This document shows positions 1 through 11,696 of a stretch of 64,000 bases of DNA, one piece after another. The notes beneath the pieces were generated by a model. It did not search any database. It saw nothing but the letters and a program-made list of their open reading frames with translations, and was not told the DNA's origin. Positions within the stretch are counted from its first letter, which is position 1, and each line of letters begins with the position of its first letter. The translations under genes were made by a program, and so were the position numbers. Source of the stretch: Podarcis vaucheri (taxonomy: Eukaryota); assembly GCA_965113315.1 (NCBI GenBank), contig OZ220373.1, one strand, 5' to 3'.

Positions 1-702
1 TTGGCAAGATGCGACTGCTCAGAAGGCATGCTGAGTCAGCAAGAGAAAAGAGATTCCAGGATCTTAAAAGGGTGTTGTGCAGCTTGGTTAACACTTTCTT
101 TTAATGGATTCAGACAAACTTGAAGAGGATGCTCAAAATCTTGGCTGTAATGATACTGCCAATCTGCATCTCTCCAGGGGGGCAAAAGCAGAACAAAATA
201 CAGGCTTCGCCCCCTCCAACTTTCCACCCTACTTCTCACTTTTCAAGCAGTTTGTTCAGAAACTAAAATACTTTTGCTGAAGTCAGTTGGATTTAGAACT
301 CCCTCCCTCATTCATTGTGTGACTAAGATGCACAGGCAATTGGGTTTTTAACCAATAGCGAGTTGGTCATATTGTGCACTCAGAAGAAACACTGTTGTGT
401 TGACAGACACCAGCACATGCACAATTAAGGCCAAATCCTTGGTTAAGGTCACATGGCCTGTCCACTTATTTAGAGGCCAAAACTACCACCTGAGCATAAG
501 ACCTTGTTCTTGAGCAAATATGAGGAAGATCAAACTGCAGCATCGGCCTCTAAAGTGTTTAGATCTTTCACCTCTGTGGGTACAATGTAAATATCAATTC
601 CTATGTTTTATTATCACAAGGGCGAGGTTGGGTTTAGCTGCTAAGTCATATTAAAAAATGACATTTCCTTATTTTAGAGGGGAAATAAACTTAAATACTT
701 AC

Positions 703-749
703 AGTTCTGGGTTCAAATGTATACAAGGCTCTAAAAACTTTGACTTGTC
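703..749 (-). CDS. OSTF1: OSTF1 coding exon 2 (GQVKVFRALYTFEPRT)
   Basis: Acceptor tatttag|, 47 nt, donor |gtaagt; phase compatible with exon 1. Confidence 0.95.
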
Positions 750-3700
750 CTAAATATACAGAAAGAAATAAACATTAACAGAATATTTTTTTCCTTTCCC
801 TAAGGTTGAATGAATCAAACATCCATGTCCCAAACTCAGCCAACATTTTAATTGCAAGAGCTCTAACGACAGTCTAAAGCCTGTTCGTCAGGTTCATGAC
901 ACATCAAGGAGGGAAGGTATAAAAACAAGTGAAACACTGGACCCTCAACCTGTGGCTTATTCAGTCCATTTTGAAGGTAAAGAAGGTGTGGAAAATACAT
1001 CTAAGTCTGAAGAAAAATGTACTCCAACCAAAACAGAAGATAGCATAGATTCAGCCATTTTACTGAGCAAAAGTTCTGGATTGCAAAATGTACACTCTGA
1101 CAAGCTAATTGCTAATCTTGTACAAATGTCAAAGAATATTAATATTTTATAAACATCTTTGCATTTTCATTCATTTTGTTCCTTTAAATAAAGTTCATTT
1201 TCAGATGAATACAAGCGTGTGGGGTTTTTTTTAATCTTTATATATGCATATATCATTAATTGGAAACAAAAACCACTGCTTAATAATATAAAAATAAAAA
1301 TAACCATGTTTTTACGTAACTCATAAAGTAACTTGATCTTATCCACTTAACCGCATCATGGGGTTGCACTGTTCATATGCTAATCAAATATACACCCTCT
1401 TTTACAGAAAATAGGACAAGGTATCGCACAGCACAGGACAATATAATTTACAGTGATATCTCAGGTTAAGTACTTAATTCGTTCCAGAGGTCCGTTCTTA
1501 ACCTGAAACAGTTCTTAACCTGAAGCACCACTTTAGCTAATGGGGCCTCCTGCTGCCACCGCACCGCCGGAGCACGGTTTCTGTTCTCATCCTGAAGCAA
1601 AGTTCTTAACCCGAGGTACTATTTCTGGGTTAGCGGAGTCTGTAACCTGAAGCATATGTAACCCGAGGTACCACTGTAATTATTAATTGTGGTTTATATA
1701 ATTGCAGTTTTTTGTAAACCGCTTTAAGGGATTTTTAACAATCAAATGGTCTGTGCATGTATATTTACTTCTTAAAAGTGTTCGCAGTAATTCTTACCAC
1801 AATCCTGTAAAGCAGATTAGTACTGTTATCACCATATTGGAGAAGGGTAAACTGAGAGTGGCCTAGTTTGCACATAACACTAAAACATTACTTGGCTGTA
1901 AACTTTGCTGAAATACTAATATATTGGTTTAGGATCAAGTGCTAATCTGCAAAGTATGTTGCAATTTTCACCTCTTTCATGCACATACCAAACCTATGAA
2001 ATTAAGCTCTAATTATTTCCGTGTTTTCTTATGCTTATGTCAACAGCAACCAAAACAGACTCAAGACTGTTTTCCTTTAGACTTTTGTTTTATGGCTCCC
2101 TTAAAGGGCCATGCAGACAGACAAGAACAAGCAGCAGACAAAAACAAACCACGTTTTTCCAACTCAGAAGATAGTTTGCTTGGGAATTATTGCTCATATG
2201 CAAAGTTTATAAAAACCAAGGGCTGTTAGAAACTAGCAGGGGTGATGGGATCAGAGCAATTGCAAAAAAAGAGAAGAAGTAACTTCCAGTATTCATTTAA
2301 GAATATTTTTACCATGATGCTGTTTTTTAATGGAAAAGGTGCTCTTTAAATGGTCTGAGATTATTTTAATTGCTGCAGCTATTTGAGAGGGCTGAAGTCA
2401 ACTCCAACAAACGGACTATTGTTTTTGAACCCAAGGGCTTTTCTATCCTGTATTTCCCTTTAACTTCTTTGTATGGCCTTGCAGATAATCATAGAAAACT
2501 ATGTCCCTCTGTCAATGTTTTCTGTATTAAAGTGTTATTTTCCTCCTCATTTGCTTCTGTACTCCACCCCCAGCTACCCCGCACATAACAAAAGAGCACA
2601 TTTTTTAACATATGTAGCTGCTTTTATTGCAACATTTAGTTTGGGCCCAACTTCTCAGGAGGAAAAGCTTTCGACATTGGATGAGGGAACTGAAATTGCC
2701 CCTATACTGCAAGGAAATGGTTCTGTGGTGGAGTCCTCGTGTCCACGGAGGAAATGACGTTGAACTAATGCAATGTTGCATTACATTAGCTGCCTTACAG
2801 GGACTTGGGCACTGGCCTGGACTAATATAGTAATGTTCAGTTCTGCTCACATGCAGGCAAGAGAATGCCAATGAATTTCTAAGGGTCAAGCCCAGGCCGG
2901 CCCACCCATGAGGCAAGGGGAGGCAACTGCTTCCGGTGGCAGCATTTATAGGGGCAGCAGATCCTGATGCAAATCTTATCCCCCCCCCCGCTCCTGTGTA
3001 AGTCTTCACCCACCCCTTCTGTTCTGGTGTGGAGGGGGGGGTGTTTTGTAGTTTGCCTCAGGCACCAACATGTCTTGGGCAGGCCCTGGCCATACCACAC
3101 AGGACATTTCTTCATTTAAAACATTCAAGCCCTGCCTCTCCACAATGAGCCATAGGCAACGTTAGTTAAATCAAAAAACTTTAAAACAAAACAAAAAAAC
3201 TTGACAGCAACAATTCATGCAGCACAGCAGTCGCAAAGAACAGAATAGCAGAGAAAAAATGATTTTTTAAAAACTCATGCCATCATAAATAATTTAACCA
3301 CAGCAACTAAAACAATTTCAAAAAAGGTTTTGGCTATCCTACAGACGATGTGGGGGTGGTGATACAAGAGGAGCGAGTTCAAGAGCCATCACTGAAAAAG
3401 CCCTCACTCTGGTCCCAATTTGACATGTTTGGCGGGGGAGTGGGAGTTGGGACACAAGGCTCACAGGGGGTGGGGACGTCTGATTATAAACTCAATAGGC
3501 ACCTGTAGTCAGTCTCCTCTGCATTTACCTCCAGGTTTGGAAATTCATTGGCATTTCCTCCTGGCCAGCTTTCCATTTCCCCCACCATCTCTCTGTGGAG
3601 AACCACATATTTATCCTCACAGGGCTAAAAGCAGAATGCAGGGGGCATGTAGGGGGAAACTAGCAGAGAGGAATGGGCGTTACCTGTCCTTTTTGGTTTC

Positions 3701-5246
3701 TCATTTTTCCAATCTTAAATTCAGCTCATTACATTTCCTCATCAGTTTTTGATATATATTTTTAAAAAACCAATCCTCACAAAAATGTGTCAGCATTTCA
3801 ACATGCATTTCCCCAAATATATACATGCCTGCCTGTCATATTGACTAATGCACACATTTTCACAAGCCATTTTTCTTAACACATTTTGTATGCTACTTCC
3901 ACTAATATGAACATTTTAATGCTCACCTTCACCTAATACACACTTTTGTTACTTGGAGAACTACATAGCAAAATTTGGAGAAATGCAAATTTCACAGAAA
4001 CACTGCATTTCAGCTCTCATATTGTTTTGGAAAGTGGAAATAAGGTAGTTTCATATTTAAATGTGAACAGAACACATTTTCTTCCCCATCCTGAGTTAAA
4101 AGACTGGGAAATGACATGTATTTAATTAACATCATACATCATTTGAGTCCAATAGGATATGCAAGTGGAATAGGTCTGGAATAGGTAGTCACACTACCCT
4201 GGCCTGGGAACAGGAAGCTTCCCTGACCCCTTACGGAAACCTCTTAGCTTCAGTCCTTCAGTTAAAATGTGGGAAAATAATAATGGCCTACCAAATAGAG
4301 ACTGTGAGAATGATTGAAATAAAGAATATGACATGCTTGAACCACATAGCTTATTAAGGGTTGCTGAGAATTGTAGCTGTGTGAGGGAGTCTTTGAGGAA
4401 AAGATTTTTTTTTAATGTACTTATAAGACAAAGTGTGCGCACAGCCCCAGAGGTAAGTCCTCCTGAGTTCAGTGGGACTTACTCCCAGGAAACTGCAGCT
4501 TTACACACATCTAAGGAGAGAGGGAGACATGTTCACCATCAAGACTTGTTCACTTTCATATGCCTTTTCTAATCCCCAGCAAGCAAGATCTGTCCTTCCT
4601 GAGTACACTCATACAGGCATGCGTGCCCTCACAAAGGGTCAAATAATATCAGCATTGGGACTATTTTTGGTGTGGGAGGGCACTTTTCTCTCGCTTCTGC
4701 TTTTAGCATAATATCCTTTAATGAGGCTACTTGTCCAGGCTGAGGCATTCTTCATCTTATATCACAATGTATACAATTATGGCTGTTGTATTTAAATTAT
4801 CCACCCTGCGGCCCTTTTGACCACAATGTATTTGTGGAAAGTGCAGTACACAAATAAGTTAGCCAAGCATAAGGGATTTGTGGCCTGTGGAAAAGAGGGA
4901 TGTTGTTAGGTGCAAAACAATTAGATATTTTGTTGAGCAAAAAATATAAGAGGTGAAAGAGCCACGGCCTCCTCGATTTTGAGAACTCTTAATGCACAGG
5001 CAATAAAATGGCTGCAGCTCACTATCTGCTGAATCCATCTCTGTCTTCTTTGATAGGTAAATTGTTCAGGTTTTGTATTGGAATTATATAATATTTTTGA
5101 GCAGTTGCTTTCAAAATCTAGATTATGGAGTTCAAATTATAAAGACAATCCTTACATTCCAGAACTGTCCAACTATGAGTCAATGGCTTAAGATCTGGAT
5201 TAAGGGCTGTATCTCTTCAGACAATTCCAAGGTGCAATTTCAGTTA

Positions 5247-5295
<49 letters not shown>

Positions 5296-8283
5296 GTTTC
5301 TGCTTACCAAATTAAATTTTCTTCTCCCCTCATACTTCCTGAATAATAACAAATTTCTGCAAATTGTTCTATTCTTTTGGTGGCCAGAGTGTTACAACTT
5401 TAAGAGTTCCAAATCCCTTTCTCTTCAATCAAGCCACCATAGTTCAGATGACATCTCTGAGATAGGTTAAGAACTTTGAGAAGTCATTTATCCAGGGAGA
5501 GTCCACATATATATGGGCCTATTCCTACTTCTTTTTCCTACTGGTGATGGTGGAACCGTCAGGCATCATCCTGGCAACTAGGCATTTTCACTTGGTCACA
5601 AGTGACAGATAGTCCAGTGCAAAACGCACCTGGCCCCTGGCTAATTTCAAACCTTGCCAAAATGGAAATTACCAGTAATAGCTGTAAATAGGACAAATGT
5701 GCTTGTCGCAAAAAACAAAACAAAAAACAAAAAACCTGCTTCCCAGGGCACATTATTGTCCCTCAAATAATGGCTCTGGACTTGAGGGGAGGTTAAAAGC
5801 TTTTTATTGACAGCGGGTTAGAAACTACATCTCTTCCTGATTTTGTATCTTTTCCACTAGGAAACTGAAACAATAGCAGGTTGCAACAGATTTGCCACAG
5901 TTACCACGTTCAAAGGCTTTGCTAAGGGCCTTTGGTAAACCTTAGAGTTATTATACATCCTCCAAGAAGGTATGTAATCCCTGAAACATGTCCAATAAAC
6001 TGTAATAAGAGCTTCAATCAGGTAATAGACAGAATGAGCCATAAACTACTCAAGTCAATGCACTAGCCCTCTTGCACTTAAGTCACTTTAATCTAATTCA
6101 TTGCATTGGAACTAAAGTTTTTAGGTTGTGTAGTCTTCTCACACACAACTACAGAAACAGGGTGTTGAACGCTCTTGAATCTGTGCCATTTGCCCCTCTA
6201 CCACCAAAGCCCTCAATGCCCTCCCAATGGAATATCTTCATGAACGCTAATATCTTATATTAATATATTTAATCTTATATGATATTAAACTGAGATTAAA
6301 GAATCAGGGAGTCAGTACCATTTGCCTCCTTGGCACTCAGGTTAATCTCAGTGGTGAATAAAATAAATAAATACAGCTTGCAGAGAAAATCCATATTTAA
6401 AAAACATCAATTTAATCCAAGAGGTGCCCCAAATATCTTTGAACACACCTAGTTTCTTGAAGGATCACCTCACCCCAAATGTGCTCACTTGAATGCTGTG
6501 ATCTGTGGCACTGGAACTTTAACAAGAGCCACAAAATATTCTTTCTGTACTGCCAAGAAACTGTTATTTTAGTGTAGAAGCACTAAAATTATTAAGCACG
6601 CACCTTCACTCTATTGTCTCTAGTGCCTGACTGATATCAGCAAAAGTTTTGTTTCCAGCCAGCCTAATCAGGTCTGTTGTTTTAGTTAGTTTATGTGTTT
6701 TACAATTACCAATTTTAAGTACCTTGTTTTTATTTTATTTTTAAGTGATACTTTAAATGAATATTTTAGATGGACTTGTAAACCACTTAAGAAAATTTTT
6801 GTTCTTCTAAGCAGCATGTAAATATTGTTGCTGCTGCTGTTTTAAAATAAATAAATCCTGCAGTTCCTGGGCAGCTACAACATGCATGCCTCTCTTGGTG
6901 GCTAAGGCACCTGATGAGTAACTAAGGCAGGCCTGTTAGACTACAATTCCCATCACCCCTGGCCATGTTGGCTTGGGCTGATAGGAGTCCCAACAATCTC
7001 TGGAAGGCCAAAGGCATGTGGCAGAGAGCCTAGCAGCTGACTGCTGAGCATCCTTTATCAGGATCTCAGCCCATGGGGCAAATGTTTCATCTACCAGCCT
7101 GTCCTATAGCGAGGAACAATTCAAAACCAACTCACTCTCCAGCATGATTCCGTTGAGGCCATTGGAACAAACCCTGATAAATGGGGAAAGCTATACCATA
7201 TTTGAAATGGAGAAAACAGGTCCTTGTCTGTTCAAAAGAGAGTGTGAGAAGAATCGACATCTTTGCAAAGCACAAAGACACACCTTAGAACTTTTCAGAT
7301 TTATTTCTACTTCTGACAGATGAATTTTATTTTGCAAGTAGTGAAACAGATGGGCCTCCTTCGCTCTTCCCCAGATGCCAGGTAGTGGATTGGGCTGGTG
7401 GAGCACGAGACTCTTGATCTCAGGGTTATGGGTTTGAGCCCCACATTGGGCAAGAGATTCCGGCATTCCAGGGGGTTGGACTAGATGACCCTCATGGTTC
7501 CTTCCAACTCTACCATTTGGATACTGTGGTGGCGCAGAAACTCCAGGGTTCAGTCTTGGTGCCTCCAGGGGGCTGTGAGAGGCCTCTGCCTGAATCCCTG
7601 GGCAGCCCCTGCCCGTCCACTGGCTGGCACCTGGGCCTGGAAGAAGGCATCTCCCTCCGCTCCCACCCAGGAGGTGTCTTTTTGCGGCTCTTCTCTCCTG
7701 GCCTGCGAGCTCAGGGAGGCGAGGCAGCAGCTCCTCCAGCTCCGAAGCTTCTGCCCTGCCCGGCTGGGCCACGGACGGGGCGGGCGGGCGGGGCGCCTGG
7801 GCTCCTGCTGGCTGCCACCTGCTTGCCCAGCTGCATCAATGCACCAAAGCTCCAGAGGCAGCAGCAGCAGCGGAGGATCCCGCACGCTCGAGGCCCCTCC
7901 GCCCCCCCCCTGCCAACCCGACGCCCTTCCTGCCCCGACCCGGCCGAGGGCGGCGGCGGCGGCAGCGAGCGCTCTGGCCCCTTCTTCTTTTTGACAGTGA
8001 CAGCCTCTCTCGAGCCCCGCCCCGGGCGCAGGGGGCAGCCCACCGCTCCCCGGACAGCCACCCTCCGCCCGCGCATCGCCAGGGCACGGCAGGCGGGCGG
8101 GCGGGCGGGCGAGGCTCCGAGCGCGCCCTTCGGCCCGGGGCTGGAGGGAAAGGCCGCCTGGCTGGCGGGGGCGGGCGGGGTCCACGTGTCAGGGAGTGCC
8201 GCCGCCCCCGCCCCCGCCGCCGCCCCTCGGGCCCCTTCCCGCCCCTTACCTGGCTTGGCCGGCTTCGGGGGCGGCTTGGACAT
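703..8283 (-). CDS. OSTF1: Osteoclast-stimulating factor 1, 5' part; complement(join(8250..8283,703..749)), gene continues left of the window
   Basis: Spliced translation MSKPPPKPAKPG|QVKVFRALYTFEPRT matches the vertebrate OSTF1 N-terminus and start of the SH3 domain; canonical GT-AG sites; syntenic with NMRK1. Confidence 0.95.
1451..1676 (+). mobile_element. Tc1/mariner superfamily (pogo/Tigger-like) MITE, family A (226 bp)
   Basis: TA|CAGTG...GGTACCACTG|TA ends; six related copies in the window. Confidence 0.85.
5250..5292. repeat. (CA)n microsatellite
   Basis: Direct read. Confidence 0.95.
7385..7518 (+). mobile_element. Short SINE: tRNA-Lys-like head joined to a CR1-type 3' tail
   Basis: GAGCACGAGACTCTTGATCTCAGGGTTATGGGTTTGAGCCCCACATTGGGC resembles tRNA-Lys(CTT); tail GGTTGGACTAGATGACC...CCTTCCAACTCTA. 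Confidence 0.75.
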
Positions 8284-9010
8284 CGCTGCGCGAGCGGGAG
8301 GCGGCGGGCGAGGGGCTGCGCGTGGGGCTGCGCGGGCGTCGCTTCCCGGAGAGAGAGGAGGGCGGCTCGCCGAAAAGCTGCTTCTGCGAGCGGGAGGAGG
8401 AAGTGGGGCTGGCGGCGGCGCAGGCAGAAAAGGGGCGCCGGGCGCCGCTCCCTCTAGCGGCCCGAGTCCAGCACTGCAGGCGCGGAGAGGGGGGGGGAGG
8501 AGCAAGGCGCCAGCTCGCCCGGCGCAAATGGCCCCCGCCAAGGGGGCCGCGTGAAGGGGCGGGGACCGCAGGAAGGAGCCAATCGCTGGAAGCAGGGGGC
8601 CGGACTGCCAGCCTTGACCAATCGTCAGGCCCCCTTTCCTTGTTGGGGGCGGGGCGTGCGCCTGGTTCATGAAGGGCTCCCCTTTCTCGGGGCGCTGCTC
8701 GGCGCGTCCGGCCTCGAGGGCGAAGGTAGGGGCGGACGGGGGGGGCTTTGTGGGGCTGCGCGCGCCCCCCGCCCGCTTGATGCCCCCAGAGGCTTCTCGT
8801 GCCCGGGGCTCCCAAGGAGGAGGGGGCGCCCCTCTCGGCTGCCCGGGCAGAAGCCGACTGGCCGGGGGGGGGGTCGCCTCCGCCGCTGCACCGGAGGCAG
8901 CAGGCTGGGTTGGGGGGCAAGAGCGGGGGCGCGGGGGGGAGTGAGGAGAAATAGCCAGAAGTGCTCCATGGTCGGCCGCCCTTGCGTGCATCTCTGCCAT
9001 CAGATGCCGC
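7700..9010. promoter_or_regulatory. CpG island; bidirectional OSTF1/NMRK1 promoter
   Basis: Very GC- and CpG-rich; GC boxes GGGGCGGGG at 8556 and 8646, CCAAT boxes at 8579 and 8618; lies between divergent OSTF1 and NMRK1; candidate NMRK1 non-coding exon 1 donor AAG|gtaggg near 8725; edges approximate. Confidence 0.85.
8250..8283 (-). CDS. OSTF1: OSTF1 coding exon 1 (MSKPPPKPAKP-G)
   Basis: ATG at 8283-8281, 34 nt, followed by donor G|gtaagg; inside the CpG island. Confidence 0.95.
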
Positions 9011-9391
9011 GCGTCATCCTTAATATTTCCAAAAAGTACCTCGATGCCAATTCATGGCTTCAAGGATTTTATTGACAATCGGAGTCTCAAAGCTTTTGAG
9101 AAAAAATGCATGTGAAATGTTTTGAGCATGTTGGCTGCTGCTGGTAGGCTCCCTTAGTGCCACTTAAACCAGTGTCTGCACTTTCTTGTAAGTGTCAAGT
9201 CACATTGCCTGGCATGGCTGGCTCACCTGCTTGGGCGAAAGCTGTTCAGGGCTACTAATCTCAAGGTGCGTGCTAGAAAACAAACTGTATTGCATTTGGT
9301 GGGACTAGGACTGGGCTGCCAGGATGCTCTAGAAGTGAAAACTGTAATTGTGTTGGGATCACTTTTAAATATAGCATGTTATGGTCATAAA

Positions 9392-9633
9392 GATCCAGTG
9401 TGGTGTAGTGGTTAGAGTGCTGGACTAGGATCTTGGGAGGCCAGGGTTCGAATCCCCACTCCACCATGAAGCTCCCTTGGGTGTGATCCTGAGCCAGTCA
9501 CTGCCTCTTAGCTCAACCTACCTCAGAGGGTTGTTGGGGTTATTAAATGAGGGGAAACCCATGTGCCCATGTTGAGTTCTTTGGAGAAAAAAGGTAGGAT
9601 ATAAATGCCAATAATAATAATAATAATAATAAT
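9392..9633 (+). mobile_element. tRNA-derived SINE (MIR/Squam3-like) with (AAT)n tail
   Basis: A box TGGTGTAGTGG, B box GGTTCGAATCCC. Confidence 0.75.
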
Positions 9634-10188
9634 ACTGCAGTTGGGAACTATTGGCTGCAATCTTACTCTTACAGAGATTGGTGGTAATGGTTTGAGAATA
9701 CTTCTGGGTCAGAGCAGAACCAAACTGTGTGCCACTGACAACTGGGTAGAATACAACTCACAGAAAAACTTCTTTCCTATGTAGCATTTCCCTTTGATGT
9801 ATATTTGTCTTTGTTTTGGACCCGTGCACTGCTGACCTGAAATCTTAACTTGCGTCACTGTCTATACAACAGAGTTCAAAGCCCTTCATCTTTGGATAGC
9901 TGGCAAATGCTTTGGCAGCAGCTGTTTCCGAATGGGTGAGAGATTAAGAACAAACAATCCAGCAGCATTAATCTTTGCCCATATTTTTAGTAATAGCTCT
10001 GAACCCATCCTAACTTTCTCACCAGTGAGCCCTGAATTGACTTTAATTCATCACGTGGCCACATTTACAGTATTGCTTAGTATCGTTTCTGGCTGTAGCA
10101 TTTCAAGCACTGTTTGTCTATGTGTGCCATATTTTACATATATTCACCTAAACATGGTGCCATTGGGCTTATTGAGCTTTTTGCATTA

Positions 10189-10430
10189 CAGTCGTACCTT
10201 GGATCCCGAATGCCTTGTTGAGTCAAATGTTTTGGCTCCTGAACGCTGCAAACCCGCAAGTGAGCGTTCTGGTTTGCAAATGTTCTTTGGAACCCAAATG
10301 TCTGACACAGCTTCTGATTGGCTGCAGGAGCTTCCTACAGCCAATCAGAAGCCGCGCCTTGGTTTCCAAATGTTTTGGAAGTCGAATGGACTTCCGGAAC
10401 AGATTCCGTTAGACTTCTGAGTTACGACTG
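10189..10430. mobile_element. pogo/Tigger-like MITE (CAGTCGTA ends)
   Basis: TA|CAGTCGTA...TACGACTG|TA. Confidence 0.8.
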
Positions 10431-11673
10431 TATACATATTTTGGCAATCTACAGTGTTGAGAATTAGAAATCCTAGGATTGCTGATGGGGAGGATCATTT
10501 AATACAGATTTTACACTGTTTACGATCAATCACAGTAGTGAAAAATATTTGTTCACAGATGCATGAACTATAATGGAATTTCTATTGCTCAGTCTGTCCA
10601 AATATTACTAGAACCTTGTAAGACAGCAGGCTTGATACTTGTGGTTCACATGTGGTGGAAATAAAATATATAGATTTGAAGTTTAGCAGACAAATCTTGA
10701 TGCAATAAGAAGTTCATTTATCATGAGTCTTGATGCTGCTATGACCTCCCAGAAATTCATGGTTAATGGGAGCAATACTACAGCAAGATATGTGGGGAAG
10801 AACAGGATTAGGATCCAGTAGATCTCTGGCAGAGTTTTGCCATGTTAACTTCCCCCTCCTTGTTCCTGCCAGAAATATTTTATTCCACAGGCTAAAACCA
10901 GCAACCCTGCAATTAAAAAAACACAGGAGGTCAGTCTACTTTCTGAATATTTGTACCCATTTCTTCGTCACTAGATTTTAGCTTGACATAAGGCACTACA
11001 TTCTCAAAATAAATTGGTGGCAAAATCATCAAAGAAGCTTGTCAAAGCATGCTTGGCTTTCATTGGAATGCCACACTGAGAGATTCCCTAAGGATACAGT
11101 TAATGTTGACACTGAGGTGTTCCTACTTGACAGTGTACATAATTAAGGGAAATATGGTGCCAAGTTCCATCTTTCTGTACTTCATACAACATTGCTTGGT
11201 GCTTTGATGTTCATGGGTGAGCATGTTGTGCACAGTGAGGTTTGACGTCTTTCCCTTTCCTACTACAGGTTAGTTGCCAATTTCCATAGTGTCCGATGTT
11301 AACTCAGGAGAGCCAGTTCTTCCTTTCCATTGCAAGTCATCAAATGATGTACATCCACCTCCAAACATGAGAGAAAATTTGAAAAAAGCTGCTAATTTGG
11401 AAGAAAGGCCTGTTGAACTTTGCTTCCTCTTTAGTAGGCATGCGTAAGATTGCACTGAGACTCAAACCCAATGGATTTTGATTTCATTATAATTTGGTTT
11501 TCATGTCAAGCAATTTTTAGCCACCTTCCTCACAACTGGCTAGAAGCTTACCTGAGACATTTAGTCCAAAATTCCATGGGCTGAACATAGTAGCTCATGG
11601 ACAATGTGTGATTCGCTCCTACTACAAGGATTCTTTCTCAATTTGATTTTTAGGTTGTGAAAGAACTGTGGAA

Positions 11674-11696
11674 ATGTTGGTCATTGGACTTGGAGG
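11674..11696 (+). CDS. NMRK1: NMRK1 first coding exon (MLVIGLG-G); exon acceptor at 11653/11654
   Basis: Aligns to MKTFIIGISG of the human protein; donor GG|gtaagt; start codon choice slightly uncertain. Confidence 0.85.

Noticed and set aside
7385-7450. tRNA-Lys gene
   Set aside because: Mutated stems and B box, and it is fused to a CR1 tail, so it is a SINE head.
7191-9075. Many long overlapping ORFs (up to 429 aa) on both strands
   Set aside because: Stop-codon scarcity in a CpG island; only the 34-nt OSTF1 exon is supported.
9932-10420. 162-aa ORF in NMRK1 intron 1
   Set aside because: About half of it runs through a MITE; no homology recognised.
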